In this document: piece by piece, positions 1 through 9,987 of the stretch | How positions within the stretch are numbered: the first letter of the stretch is position 1 | How the letters are laid out: each line of letters starts with the position of its first letter | From: an uncultured Chloroflexia bacterium | Lineage (GTDB): Bacteria > Chloroflexota > Limnocylindria > Limnocylindrales > CSP1-4 | DNA length: 64,000 bases | Assembly: GCA_963783055.1 (NCBI GenBank) | Contig: CAWAMB010000004.1 | Span: forward strand, 1,251,368 to 1,315,367 | Direction: 5' to 3' | The notes under the pieces: generated by a model | Databases searched by the model: none | What the model was told of the DNA's origin: nothing | The model's input: the letters and a program-made list of their open reading frames with translations, nothing else | Program-made: the position numbers and the translations under genes

Positions 1-316
1 CCGGCTCGGCGAAGTCCTCCTCGAGCGGCAGCCGGAAGAGGGTGATCCGGTTCGGGACGCCCGACCAGTCCGCCCCGTACTCGGTCCGCGGCACGCCCTC
101 GTACAGGCCGTAGAGCGTCTCGCCGTCGGGCAGCTCGTTGTCGCGACGCTGCTGTGGCGTCGGCTCGTCGTCGATCACGATCGCGACCTCGGCAAGGGCC
201 TCGCGGAACGGGGAGGGGATGCCGGCCAGCGCCCGCTCGACGAGGCGCTCGAACGGGGCGTGGCTGAGCGACGAGCGGGGCAGCGCGGTGCGGGCGCCGC
301 GACGGCGTTTCGGCAT
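1..316 (-). CDS. zincin-like metallopeptidase family protein (DUF1025/Zincin_1-like), N-terminal part; 3' end outside window
   Basis: Not in the ORF track because there is no stop in the window. Hand translation of the reverse strand from ATG (complement of 314-316) gives MPKRRRGARTALPRSSLSHAPFERLVERALAGIPSPFREALAEVAIVIDDEPT...LYGLYEGVPRTEYG...PNRITLFRLPLEEDF. This is the typical N-terminal layout of the family. The gene is divergent from the next gene. Confidence 0.5.
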   Translation of the reverse strand, partial: MPKRRRGARTALPRSSLSHAPFERLVERALAGIPSPFREALAEVAIVIDDEPTPQQRRDNELPDGETLYGLYEGVPRTEYGADWSGVPNRITLFRLPLEEDFAEP

Positions 317-1208
317 GGCGACCTATCGTAGCCACGTGCCGAGCCCTCTCCCGTCCGATCCAGCCGCCGACCCGCCCGGATTTGTCGTCGTCGTCGCGCC
401 CGGCGACCGGATCCACTTCCTCGACTGGGGTGGACCGGCGCGCGCCGACGGTCCGGGGGTGCTCCTCGTCCACGGCCTGTCGGCGAGCGCCTGGGTCTGG
501 GCGCCGGTCGCGCGCCGCCTCATCGCCGCCCGTCCGACGGTCGCGATGGATCTCCGCGGGCACGGCCTGTCGGACGCGCCGACGGACGACGGCGCGTACG
601 ACCTCGCCGTCCTGGCCGACGACGTGGTCGCAGTCGCCGAAGGCTCGGGGCTGCTCGACGATGCGCCCGCGCTGACCCTGGTCGGCCACGGGTTCGGGGC
701 GGTCGTGGCCGCGGCGGCGGCGGCGGTCCTCGCCGACCGGTGTGCCCGACTGGTCCTCGTCGACGGCGGCCTCGATGACCTGCCGACCACGACCGGCGTC
801 GACGTCGACGAGTTCCTGCGCGGTCTCGACGAGCCGCCGGAGGTGATGGCATCGATGCGCGCCTATCTCGCGGATCGACGCGGCTGGCATCCCGCGACCT
901 GGGACGCCGACCAGGAGCGGGCCGCACGGGCGGCCGTCGTCGAGACGCCGGCCGGCCGGCTCGTCTCGGCGACGCGGCCGCATGCCCTCGACGCCGCCGT
1001 GCGGACGATGTTCGCGTACCGCCCGGACGAGGTCCTGCCGCGCGTCACCGCGCCGATCGTCGCCGTGCGTCGGATCACGCCCGGAGACGAAGGGGCGAGC
1101 CCGGTCGAGCCACGTCCGGACGTCGAGGTCGTCGAGCTTCCCGCGCCCGGCCACAACCTGCTTCGCTATCGCCCCGACGAGGTCACGACCGCGATCCTCG
1201 GCCGCTAG
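315..1208 (+). CDS. alpha/beta-hydrolase fold protein (nucleophile position is Gly)
   Basis: ORF 138..1208 trimmed to ATG 315 (MATYRSHV). Motifs seen: VLLVHGLSASAWVWAPV, DLRGHGLSD, LVGHGFGAVV at the nucleophile elbow, and C-terminal PGHNLL. Confidence 0.8.
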   Translation: MATYRSHVPSPLPSDPAADPPGFVVVVAPGDRIHFLDWGGPARADGPGVLLVHGLSASAWVWAPVARRLIAARPTVAMDLRGHGLSDAPTDDGAYDLAVLADDVVAVAEGSGLLDDAPALTLVGHGFGAVVAAAAAAVLADRCARLVLVDGGLDDLPTTTGVDVDEFLRGLDEPPEVMASMRAYLADRRGWHPATWDADQERAARAAVVETPAGRLVSATRPHALDAAVRTMFAYRPDEVLPRVTAPIVAVRRITPGDEGASPVEPRPDVEVVELPAPGHNLLRYRPDEVTTAILGR

Positions 1209-1250
1209 GATTCGCCGGCCGGCGTCGCCCGGCCCGAGGAGGTAGCCCGC

Positions 1251-2363
1251 GTGCGTGTCGTCTACAGTCCGGCCCATCTCGCTCATGACACCGTGACCGA
1301 GACGGTGATGGGCGCCGTGATCCCGGCCAACGAGGTCGCCGAGCGGGCCGAGCGGATCCGGGCGACCCTCGAGAGCGACGGCGGGTTCACGATCGAGTCC
1401 CCGACCGAGCACGGCCTCGACCCCATCCTGGCCGTCCACGATCCGGGTCTCGTCCGGTTCGTCGAGGAGGCGTGGCGCGAGGCGCGCGCCCAGTCGATCG
1501 ATCGCCCGAACCTGATCGCCGACACGTTCCCGACGTTCCGGATGTTCGAGGGGATGAGCGCGGAGTTTGTCGCGTCGCGGGCGGAGACGCGCTTCGCCGC
1601 CGGACGCGCCGGCTGGTGGGGCCTCGATACCGCGAACCCGCTCGTTGCGGGGACGGCAGGCGCGGCGCGGGCGGCCGTCGACGTCGCTCTCACGACGGCC
1701 GACCTCGTGCTCAGTGGCGAGCGCGCGGCCTATGGCCTGTGCCGGCCGCCCGGTCATCACGCCGCCCGCTCGATGGCCGGCGGCTACTGCTTCTTCAACA
1801 ACGCCGCCATCGCGGCCGAGGCGATCACGCGGGCGACCGGCGAGCGGGTGGCGATCCTCGACGTCGACTACCACCACGGCAACGGGACGCAGCAGATCTT
1901 CTGGCGACGGGGTGACGTGCTCTACGTCTCGCTCCACGCCGATCCGGAGCGGCAGTACCCGTTCTTCCTCGGCGCCGCCGACGAGACCGGCGAGGGGGAG
2001 GGGAGCGGGGCGAACCTGAACCTGCCGCTGCCGGCCGGCACGGACGATGACACCTACCTGGCCGCTCTGGACCGCGGCCTGTCGGCGATCGCCGACACGC
2101 CGGGCGACGTCATCGTGGTCTCGCTCGGGTTCGACACGTACGGCCACGACCCGATCGGCGACTTCGCGCTCACCACAGCGGTCTACCACGAGTGCGGTCG
2201 TCGGACCGCCGCGCTGGGCCGGCGGCTCGTCATCCTCCAGGAGGGCGGCTACCACCGGCCGTCGCTCGGCGCGAACGCCCGGGCGTGGCTGCGCGGGGCC
2301 GAGGGCCGTCCGTACGACGCTCTGCCGGCCGCCGGCTTCGGCGAGCACGGCTCGGAGCGCTGA
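1251..2363 (+). CDS. histone deacetylase-family amidohydrolase (acetoin utilisation / acetylpolyamine deacetylase-like)
   Basis: 370-aa ORF with GTG start. Motifs seen: [33 protein letters not shown]. Confidence 0.9.
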   Translation: MRVVYSPAHLAHDTVTETVMGAVIPANEVAERAERIRATLESDGGFTIESPTEHGLDPILAVHDPGLVRFVEEAWREARAQSIDRPNLIADTFPTFRMFEGMSAEFVASRAETRFAAGRAGWWGLDTANPLVAGTAGAARAAVDVALTTADLVLSGERAAYGLCRPPGHHAARSMAGGYCFFNNAAIAAEAITRATGERVAILDVDYHHGNGTQQIFWRRGDVLYVSLHADPERQYPFFLGAADETGEGEGSGANLNLPLPAGTDDDTYLAALDRGLSAIADTPGDVIVVSLGFDTYGHDPIGDFALTTAVYHECGRRTAALGRRLVILQEGGYHRPSLGANARAWLRGAEGRPYDALPAAGFGEHGSER

Positions 2364-2394
2364 CGAATCGGCGTCCCGTCGTACCATCGCGCCC

Positions 2395-3084
2395 ATGCCT
2401 GACCGGACCGACCTGCCCAGCCACGTTCGTGCGATCGTCGACGAGATCGAGACCGAGATCGGCGAGGAGCCGCACCAGGCCGAGACGCTCATCGAGGGCG
2501 CCGGCAAGCACCCGGGCAACGGCCGGGTCGAGGCCGCGGTCCACGAGATCCTGACCGAGATCGGCGAGGACCCCGACCGGCAGGGCCTCCAGGGCACCCC
2601 CGAGCGCGTCCATCGGATGTACACCGAGCTCACCGCGGGCTACCACGTCGATCCCGAGCGGCTGATCAACGGCGCGGTCTTCGACGTCGCCTATTCGGAG
2701 ATGGTCGTCGTCAAGGACATCCCGTTCTACTCGCTCTGCGAGCACCATCTCCTGCCGTTCTTCGGTCAGGCCGCCGTCGCCTACATCCCGCGCGGCCGGG
2801 TCATCGGGCTGTCGAAGATCCCGCGGGTCGTCGAGATGTACTCGCGCCGGCTCCAGGTGCAGGAGCGTCTCACCCAGCAGATCGCCGAGTTCATCCAGGA
2901 GCGGCTCGACCCGCAGGGCGTCGGCGTCGTGATGGAGGCGACCCACCTGTGCGCGGTCATGCGCGGCGTCCGCAAGCCCGGCACGATCATGACCACGTCC
3001 GCCGTCCTCGGCCTGTTCCGGACGCGCGACCGGACCCGGGCCGAGTTCTTCGCCCACCTCGACCGGCGGGCGCCAGGCGCCTGA
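2395..3084 (+). CDS. folE: GTP cyclohydrolase I
   Basis: Tail of ORF 2047..3084 from ATG 2395 (codon 117). Motifs seen: [45 protein letters not shown]. Confidence 0.95.
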   Translation: MPDRTDLPSHVRAIVDEIETEIGEEPHQAETLIEGAGKHPGNGRVEAAVHEILTEIGEDPDRQGLQGTPERVHRMYTELTAGYHVDPERLINGAVFDVAYSEMVVVKDIPFYSLCEHHLLPFFGQAAVAYIPRGRVIGLSKIPRVVEMYSRRLQVQERLTQQIAEFIQERLDPQGVGVVMEATHLCAVMRGVRKPGTIMTTSAVLGLFRTRDRTRAEFFAHLDRRAPGA

Positions 3085-3347
3085 ACTCCGCGGTTGCGGA
3101 GGGCGCTGCGTCAAGCGACTGGTTGGCGGCGACTGACGAGCCGGCAATCGTGAATACCGGTCCTCAGGCGGTCACGTTGCAGAAGGACCGAGATCCGTCC
3201 TGTGCGGCAGCGGGCAACCATTTGAACAACGACTCTTCCGGCGGTCGCTGTGCACGAACGTCTCGCGCATCGACCGCCTGATGGTCGGTATGCAGGAACG
3301 GCCTCGGCCCCCCGGCGCCGTGTCGGCCACCGACCGCTGGACGGTCG

Positions 3348-4439
3348 TCAGGGTCGGTCGACGATGTCGATCGACTTGGAGCCGCCGACGACCTCGAGCG
3401 TGATCCGGTCACGAGCGCTTGCCCAGCCCGGGGATTCGACGGTCGACTCGCCGCCTTTCGCGCCGTGCTTGACGCCGTCGATCGTGGCCGACGCCGTTGA
3501 TCCGACGATTTTCAGCCGAACCGGGAAGCCGCGCGGTCGCTCCAGGCGAACGGTCCTCGCCCCGCCCACCACCCGGACAGGCACCTCGCCCTGCGGCCGG
3601 CCGAGCTCGATCTGGAACCGCTCCGTGCCGCCGACCAGGTCGAACCGCCGGACGTCCAGCCGGCGAAGGTCCGCTTCCACCCGCTGGATGCCACCGAGGG
3701 CCTCGATCGTCCACGGGATCGTCGTGTTCAGCCCGAACGTCGCCGTCCGCTTGCGCCAGTCGAAGGGGAGGCCGCGGTATTGCACCAGCACGCGCCCGTC
3801 GCGCAGGCGGACCTGGGGGACGGCGCCCTCGAAGGCCGCCCGGTAGAGGTCGGTCGAGCTCGCGCTGTCCCGGAGACGGAGCGAGGACAACCCGGACCGG
3901 ACGTGGAGCTTCGCCGCGGTCAGGCCGCCCAGCGGCGCGCTGTGCTCCGATGCCGAGGTCTCGCCTGCCTCGCCGCCTTCGCCGGCGGGGTTGTCGCGCA
4001 GCGTGGCCGCTTCCTCGCGAGTGATCTGCTCCATCTTCGTGAGGAAGTCCGTGATCAGGGCCAGCTGGGCGTCCGTGTAGCGGCCGATCTCGGCGGCCGA
4101 TGCGCCGCCGACCCGGTTCAGCGTGGCCTGGACGTCCGCGACCTTGTCCGGGACCACCTCGACGATCACCCGGCGACGGTCGGCCGGGTCGGGGACACGC
4201 CGGACGAACCCGGACTGCTCCAGCCGGTCGATCACGCGCGTGACGGCGCCCGACGTGAGGCCGGTCAGCTCGGACAGCCGCCCGGCGGTCGAGGCGCCCA
4301 TGTCGATCAGCGCCTCGAGGGTCTCGATGTCGGATTCGGACAGGCCGAACCGGATCGCGACCGTCTGGCCGAAGAACGAGCCCTGGAGGTTGACGCGTCG
4401 CAGGGCGCGCAGGACGGAGTCGATGTTGTCGCGGGTCAT
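3348..4439 (-). CDS. MarR-family winged-HTH regulator fused to a C-terminal beta-rich toast-rack/DUF4097-like domain
   Basis: ORF 3348..4760 trimmed to Met108 (MTRDNIDSVL, start at 4439). The N-terminal ~140 aa are MarR-like (ASTAGRLSELTGLTSGAVTRVIDRLEQSGFVRRVPDPADRRRV). An acidic linker follows. The remaining ~200 aa have repeated V-x-V/L-x-G-G-x strands (VRVVGGARTVRLE, LKIVGSTASATIDG, LEVVGGSKSIDIV). No TM segment. Confidence 0.75.
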   Translation of the reverse strand: MTRDNIDSVLRALRRVNLQGSFFGQTVAIRFGLSESDIETLEALIDMGASTAGRLSELTGLTSGAVTRVIDRLEQSGFVRRVPDPADRRRVIVEVVPDKVADVQATLNRVGGASAAEIGRYTDAQLALITDFLTKMEQITREEAATLRDNPAGEGGEAGETSASEHSAPLGGLTAAKLHVRSGLSSLRLRDSASSTDLYRAAFEGAVPQVRLRDGRVLVQYRGLPFDWRKRTATFGLNTTIPWTIEALGGIQRVEADLRRLDVRRFDLVGGTERFQIELGRPQGEVPVRVVGGARTVRLERPRGFPVRLKIVGSTASATIDGVKHGAKGGESTVESPGWASARDRITLEVVGGSKSIDIVDRP

Positions 4440-4468
4440 GGCTTGACACATGCTCCTGTGTGGGTAAC

Positions 4469-4487
4469 TATCTGCACTGCGCAGATA
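4469..4487. promoter_or_regulatory. perfect inverted repeat TATCTGC-N5-GCAGATA, candidate MarR operator in the divergent intergenic region
   Basis: Read directly from the sequence. It lies between the MarR-fusion start (4439) and the ABC ATPase start (4558). TTGACA is at 4443-4448 and AGGAGG at 4547-4552. Confidence 0.4.
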
Positions 4488-4557
4488 ATGACCCATGTTG
4501 CTGAACCGTGCAAGGAGCGCCGTCGACAGCATCGGCCACAGGACGCAGGAGGTCAAC

Positions 4558-5542
4558 ATGACGGCTCCCACCCAGCTCGGCGCGACGATGATCGCGACCC
4601 GCGATCTCGCCCGGACGTACAAGACTCGCGGCGGTGCCGTCGAGGCCGTCCGCGGCGTCGACCTGCGGGTCCACGCGGGCGAGATCTTCGGCTTCCTCGG
4701 CCCGAACGGAGCAGGGAAGACGACGACGCTCCGGATGCTCGCGACGCTGATCAAGCCCACGGCCGGCGAGGCACCGTCGCCGGCGCCGACCTCCGGACGC
4801 GAACCAGCCGAAGTCCGCCGCCGGATCGGCTACGTCCCGCAGGGCGGGTCCACCGATCCGGCCGAGACCGGTCGCGGGGAGCTCGTGCTTCAGGGCCAGC
4901 TGTACCGGATGTCGGCCAGCGCGGCCAAGGCCCGGGCCGCCGAGGTCCTGGCGGCCCTCGATCTCGAGGCTGCCGCGGACCGGCCGATCCAGACGTACTC
5001 CGGGCGGGATGAAGCGACGGCTGGACGTCGGGCTCGGGATCGTCCACCGGCCGCAGGTCCTGTTCCTCGACGAGCCCACCACGGGTCTCGATCCCCAGGC
5101 ACGGGCCCGGATGTGGGACGAGATCCGCAACCTGCGGGAGCTCGGCACCACCGTCTTCCTGACGACCCACTACCTCGAGGAGGCGGACGCGCTGTGCGAT
5201 CGCCTCGCGATCATCGACCAGGGCAGGATCGTCGCCGAGGGCACCTCCGACGAGCTGAAGCAGGCCGTCGCCGGCGACGTCGTGACGATCGGCGTGGACG
5301 GTGCCGGTGCTCGGGTGCTGGCGATCGTCGAGGCGCTGCCGTTCGTGCGCGAGGCCTCGCACGACGAGGAGAGCGGTCTCGTCCGGCTCTACGTCGATCG
5401 CGGCGAGGTCGCCGTGCCACAGCTGCTCCGCATGCTCGATGCGGCCGGCTACGCGCCGTCCTCGATCGCGCTCAACAAGCCCAGCCTCGACGACGTGTTC
5501 CTGCGCCAGACCGGGCGCTCGCTGCGCGAGGAGGCGGCGTGA
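4558..5542 (+). CDS. ABC transporter ATP-binding protein (DrrA-like), reading frame broken by a +1 shift at 5002-5004
   Basis: Walker [10 protein letters not shown] is in frame 1. The signature and Walker B ([31 protein letters not shown]) resume in frame 2 (ORF 5009..5542). Deleting one G from TCCGGGCGG restores YSGGMKRRL. AGGAGG lies 5 nt upstream of ATG 4558. Confidence 0.85.
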
Positions 5543-5608
5543 CCGCCGACGCCCGCCGCGACCGCCATTCCCTCCGCACCGACGACCCGTTCGAAAGGAT
5601 CCAACCCG

Positions 5609-6367
5609 ATGCAGACGCTCCACGACACCTGGCTGATCTTCCGCCGATCGGTCCTCCTCACGCTCCGTCAGCCGACCTGGCTCCTGTTCGGGATCATGTA
5701 TCCCGTCCTCTACCTCGTCTTCTTCGGGCCCCTGCTCGACAAGGCCGTCGGCGCCAGCGGCGGGAGCGTGAGTGCCACGAACTGGTTCGTGCCCGGGCTC
5801 CTCGTCCAGGTCGCCCTGTTCGGATCGGCGTTCGTCGGGTTCGGGCTGATCGCCGAGCTCCGCTACGGCGTCGTCGAGCGGATGCGGGTCACGCCGATGA
5901 GCCGGACGGCGATGCTCCTCGGCCGCTCGCTCCGCGACGTCGTCATGCTCCTCGTCCAGGCGTCGATCATGATCGTGCTCGCGATCCCGTTCGGGCTCCA
6001 CATCGACCTGGTCGGCGTGCTCGCGACCTTCGGGATGCTGGCCCTGATCGCCCTCGTCATGGCACCGGCGTCGTATGCCGCAGCCCTCATCCTGAAGAGC
6101 GAGGACGCCTTCGCCCCGCTGGTCCAGGGCGTCACGATGCCGCTCCTGCTCCTGTCCGGGATCCTGCTGCCGATGGCGCTCGCGCCGGACTGGCTGCGCT
6201 TCCTGAGCACGATCAACCCGCTGACCCACGCGGTCGACGCCGTGCGCGCGATCTTCAACGGCCAGTGGGGCGACCCGGAGATCCTGATCGGGACCGTCGT
6301 GACGGCGGTGCTCGCGGTTCTCGCGGTCCGCTTCGCCGGCCGCTCGTTCACGCGCGCCAACGCCTGA
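5609..6367 (+). CDS. ABC-2 type transporter permease
   Basis: 252-aa ORF with six hydrophobic segments. It follows the ATPase. GAAAGGA lies upstream of the ATG. Confidence 0.85.
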   Translation: MQTLHDTWLIFRRSVLLTLRQPTWLLFGIMYPVLYLVFFGPLLDKAVGASGGSVSATNWFVPGLLVQVALFGSAFVGFGLIAELRYGVVERMRVTPMSRTAMLLGRSLRDVVMLLVQASIMIVLAIPFGLHIDLVGVLATFGMLALIALVMAPASYAAALILKSEDAFAPLVQGVTMPLLLLSGILLPMALAPDWLRFLSTINPLTHAVDAVRAIFNGQWGDPEILIGTVVTAVLAVLAVRFAGRSFTRANA

Positions 6368-6483
6368 CCGCTCGGACGTCGTGTTCGTCGCGGACGCCGC
6401 TGCCTTCGGGCTCGGCGTCCGCGTCTGCGTTCGCCGGAGCGTCCGGCGTGCCCCGCCGGGCTCTTGGGTGTCACAATCCGCCC

Positions 6484-6888
6484 ATGTCCGATCGACCGAT
6501 CAAGGTGCTCATCGCCAAGCCGGGTCTCGATGGCCACGACCGAGGAGCCAAGGTCCTCGCCCGCGGTCTCCGCGACGAGGGCTTCGAGGTGGTGTACACG
6601 GGACTCCGCCAGACGCCCGAGATGATCGCGACGGCCGCGCTCCAGGAGGACGTCGACGTGGTCGGCCTGTCGATCCTGTCCGGCGCCCACATGACGCTCC
6701 TGCCGCGGATCACCAAGCTGCTTCGCGACGAAGGCCTGGCCGATGTCCTCGTGACGGCCGGCGGGATCATCCCCGACGACGACGTCGCCGCCCTGTCCGA
6801 GGCGGGCGTGTCCCGCGTGTTCGGCCCGGGCACGACGATCGCCGAGGTCGCGGACTACCTGCGGACCAACGCCCGGCCGCGCGACTGA
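6484..6888 (+). CDS. cobalamin (B12)-binding small subunit/domain of an acyl-CoA mutase
   Basis: Tail of read-through ORF 4495..6888 from ATG 6484: [40 protein letters not shown]...[10 protein letters not shown]. The DxHxxG B12 motif is present. Confidence 0.85.
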   Translation: MSDRPIKVLIAKPGLDGHDRGAKVLARGLRDEGFEVVYTGLRQTPEMIATAALQEDVDVVGLSILSGAHMTLLPRITKLLRDEGLADVLVTAGGIIPDDDVAALSEAGVSRVFGPGTTIAEVADYLRTNARPRD

Positions 6889-6890
6889 CC

Positions 6891-7921
6891 GTGCCCGGCT
6901 CCGCGGACGCGCCCGCGCCCGCCGCTCGCGCCCACGAGCTGGTGGTCGCCGCCCGCGACGGCGACCGACGATCACTCGCCCGTCTCCTGACCGCGGTCGA
7001 GAACCGGACCGCGCTTGCCGAGCCAGCCCTGCGGCGAGCTCTACCCGCTGGCGGGCGGCGCCCACGTCGTCGGGATCACCGGCCCGCCGGGCGCCGGGCA
7101 AGTCGACGCTCGTGGCCGCGCTGATCGGCGAGGTCCGCAAGGCCGGCCGGGCGGTCGCGGTGGTAGCGGTCGATCCGTCGTCGCCGATCACGGGCGGCGC
7201 CTTGCTCGGCGACCGGGTCCGGATGCAGAGCTACGCCGGCGATCGCGACGTGTTCATCCGCTCGATGGCCGCCCGCGGGCATGCCGGCGGCCTGGCGTCG
7301 ACGACGGGGGCGGCGACGGCCGTCCTGGACGCCGCGGGCTTCGACCTGATCCTGGTCGAGACCGTGGGGACGGGCCAGAGCGAGGTCGAGGTCGCGGCGG
7401 CCGCCGACACGACCGTCGTGCTCGAGGCGCCCGAGATGGGCGACGAGGTCCAGGCGATCAAGGCCGGTCTTCTCGAGGTCGCCGACCTGGTCGTCGTCAA
7501 CAAGGGCGACAAGCCGGGCGCCCAACGGACCGCCGCCCAGCTCCGGGCGATGCTGGTCGCCACCGGGGGTCCGGCGGTCGGCGGGGGAGGCGATGGCACG
7601 CCGAGCCGGCCGCGGCCGAAGCGTCCCGAGGTCCTCATCACGACCGCGGCGACCGGTGCCGGCGTTCCCGAGCTGCTGGCGGCATTGGACCGCCACCGAA
7701 CGATCGTCGGAGCCGGGCCGACCGACGCCGCTCGGCTGGCCCGGGCCGAGGCGCTCGTCTGGGCGATCGTCGCCGACCGGCTGCGCGACCGGCTCGCAGG
7801 CCCGCAGCTGTCGGCGGTGACCCGCGACACACTGGCCGCCGTCGCCGGCCATCGGCTCGACCCATACGCCGCCGCCGACGTCCTGCTGGAGCACCTGGCC
7901 GGCGACGCCGCCGAACCGTAG
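6891..7921 (+). CDS. meaB: methylmalonyl-CoA mutase-associated GTPase MeaB/ArgK, two +1 frame breaks (about 7033 and 7096-7098)
   Basis: The gene starts in frame 3 at GTG 6891 (LARLLTAVENRTALAEPALR). Frame 1 then gives ELYPLAGGAHVVGITGPPGAG. Frame 2 gives KSTLVAALIGEVRKAGRAVAVVAVDPSSP...NKGD. Removing one G at each site restores GPPGAGKST. Confidence 0.85.
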
Positions 7922-9109
7922 GTGAGCGTGGCGCCGACCCGGCTCCTGACCGCGACGTTCGTTGCGCTGGCGGCGGCGACCCTCGTCTTCTACATCGCGA
8001 GCGGCATCGTCCTGGTCGCGGCGCCCCTGTTCGGGGGCGAGCGGCTCGGGCTGTCGAAGGCAGTCGTCGGGTTCGCCATCGCGATCTTCAGCATCGCCGC
8101 GCTCGCGGCGCGGCCCGTCGTCGGCTGGGCAACCGATCGGTTCGGGCGGCGACGGGCACTTCTGATCGGGGCCGCCCTGACCGTCGGCGGGCTGCTGGCG
8201 CATCTCCTGGCGAACGATCTCGCGCTGTTCATCGTCGCGCGCTGCATCCTGGGCGCCGGCGAAGCGTTCTGGCTGGTGGCGGCGTTGTCGGCCGCGGCCG
8301 ATCTCGCGCCCGAGGGCCGGCGCGGCGAGTCGCTCAGCTTCCTGTCGCTGTCGCTGTACCTCGGCGTGGCGATCGGACCGTGGCTGGGGGAGGCAATCCT
8401 GCAGGCGACGGACTCATTCCCGGCGGTGTGGCTCGTCACCGCCGCGATTGCCGGGGTTGCCCTCGTCCTGGCGTGGTTCGTGCCGGAGACGGCGCCGGTG
8501 CGCGAGGCCGGCGCGTCCCGCGTGCGACCCCGCCTGATCCATCCGGCCGGCGTGTTCCCCGGTGTCGTGATCCTCCTCGGCCTGTCGGGGATGGCCTACT
8601 ACCTGACGTTCCTGCCGCTGTACGTCCGGACGATCGGGGTCGATGGCGCGAGCCTGCCGCTCGCCGAGTACGGCCTGATCGTGGTCGGCCTGCGCCTCGT
8701 CGGCGCGCGGTTGCCGGATCGACTCGGCGCGGTCGCCCTGTCCGGGTCGGCGCTCCTGGCGTCGGCGGCCGGGCTCGCGATCATCGCGGCCGTCCCGACC
8801 CTGATCGGACTCCTCGTCGGGACCGCCCTGTTCGCGTTCGGGGTGGCGTTCATCATGCCCGCCCTCCTGTCGCTCACGGTCTCGCGCGTGCCGCCCGCGG
8901 AGCGGGGCACGGTCGTCGGGACGGCCACGCTCTTCCTCGACGTGTCGTTCGGCTTCGCCCCGGCCGTGCTGGGCCTGGTGGCAGAGGCAGGCGGCTACCC
9001 GCTCGGCTTCTTCGTCGCCGGGCTCGTCTCCGTGCTGGGCTGTGTCCTGCTCGTGGCCGGGTCGCGCCCGCGGCCCCGCGCGCCACGAGCCGCTACCCTC
9101 GTCCGATGA
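7922..9109 (+). CDS. MFS transporter
   Basis: 395-aa ORF with about 12 hydrophobic segments and the motif GWATDRFGRRRALL. GTG start lies directly after the meaB stop. Confidence 0.85.
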   Translation: MSVAPTRLLTATFVALAAATLVFYIASGIVLVAAPLFGGERLGLSKAVVGFAIAIFSIAALAARPVVGWATDRFGRRRALLIGAALTVGGLLAHLLANDLALFIVARCILGAGEAFWLVAALSAAADLAPEGRRGESLSFLSLSLYLGVAIGPWLGEAILQATDSFPAVWLVTAAIAGVALVLAWFVPETAPVREAGASRVRPRLIHPAGVFPGVVILLGLSGMAYYLTFLPLYVRTIGVDGASLPLAEYGLIVVGLRLVGARLPDRLGAVALSGSALLASAAGLAIIAAVPTLIGLLVGTALFAFGVAFIMPALLSLTVSRVPPAERGTVVGTATLFLDVSFGFAPAVLGLVAEAGGYPLGFFVAGLVSVLGCVLLVAGSRPRPRAPRAATLVR

Positions 9110-9969
9110 CGACCGAACGGGTGCTCGTGGCCGGGGCCGGGCTGATGGGTCATGGCATCGCCCAGGTGCTTGCGGCCACCGGACGATCCGTCGCCCTCTA
9201 TGAGCCGGACATCAGTCGGGCGACGGCGGGTCGCGACCGGATCGCCGCCAACCTCGAACGCTCCGTGACGAAGGGTCGGCTCGATGGCGCCGAGCGAGAC
9301 CTGATCGTGGCCCGAGTTGTGCCGACGGACGATCTGGCCGCCGCCGCCGACGTGGATCTCGTCGTCGAGGCCGTCTTCGAGGACGTCGGCGTGAAAGCCG
9401 CCCTCTGGACCGAGCTCGATCGGCGTGCCCCCGAGCGGGCGATCTTCGCCTCGAACACGTCGTCGATCGCCATCGACCGGCTCGCGGAGGCGGTGTCGGA
9501 TGCGCGCCGGTCGCGCTTCGTCGGGATGCACTTCTTCAGCCCCGTGCCCGTCATGCCCCTGATCGAGCTGATCCGGGGGTCGGCCACGAGCGACGAGACG
9601 GAGGCGGCGGTCCGATCGGTGGCGGCCGACATGGGCAAGCAGGTCATCGTCTCGGCCGATCGCCCGGGGTTCATCGTGAACCGGATCCTCATGCCGTTCC
9701 TGGCCGAGTCGATGCGGGCCTACGAGGAGGGCCTCGGGACAGCCGACGACATCGATGCGGGCGCGAAGGTCGGGCTGAACCATCCGATGGGTCCCCTCGA
9801 GCTGGCCGACTTCATCGGCCTCGACGTCTGCCTCGGGATCATGCGCGTCCTGCATGAGGGGTTCGGGCAGGCGCACTTCGCCCCGCCCGCCGTCCTCGTC
9901 CAGCTCGTCGAGGCGGGTCACCTCGGCCAGAAGACCGGGCGCGGGTTCCACACCTACCCGAGAGGCTGA
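9106..9969 (+). CDS. 3-hydroxybutyryl/3-hydroxyacyl-CoA dehydrogenase
   Basis: Tail of artefactual ORF 7015..9969 from ATG 9106 (ATGA overlap with the MFS stop). Motifs seen: VLVAGAGLMGHGIA, FASNTSS, HFFSPVPVMPLIE, NRILMP. Confidence 0.9.
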   Translation: MTTERVLVAGAGLMGHGIAQVLAATGRSVALYEPDISRATAGRDRIAANLERSVTKGRLDGAERDLIVARVVPTDDLAAAADVDLVVEAVFEDVGVKAALWTELDRRAPERAIFASNTSSIAIDRLAEAVSDARRSRFVGMHFFSPVPVMPLIELIRGSATSDETEAAVRSVAADMGKQVIVSADRPGFIVNRILMPFLAESMRAYEEGLGTADDIDAGAKVGLNHPMGPLELADFIGLDVCLGIMRVLHEGFGQAHFAPPAVLVQLVEAGHLGQKTGRGFHTYPRG

Positions 9970-9987
9970 GCGGATCGGGACGAACGG

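Noticed and set aside
3085-3347. About 260 nt of lower-GC non-coding DNA between convergent folE and the MarR-fusion gene; possible sRNA or terminator
   Set aside because: Only a weak 6-bp hairpin (CGACCG-N5-CGGTCG near 3329-3345) was seen. There is no U tract and no recognisable RNA family.
4495-6888. 797-aa plus-strand ORF
   Set aside because: It is composite. The first ~170 codons are the ABC ATPase N-terminus and the last 134 are the B12-binding subunit. The middle is an off-frame read-through of the ATPase C-terminus and the permease.
7015-9969. 984-aa plus-strand ORF
   Set aside because: Only a short stretch at its start (a frame-1 piece of meaB) and the last 287 codons (3-hydroxyacyl-CoA dehydrogenase from ATG 9106) look like protein. 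The middle is an Arg/Gly/Pro-rich off-frame read-through across meaB and the MFS gene.
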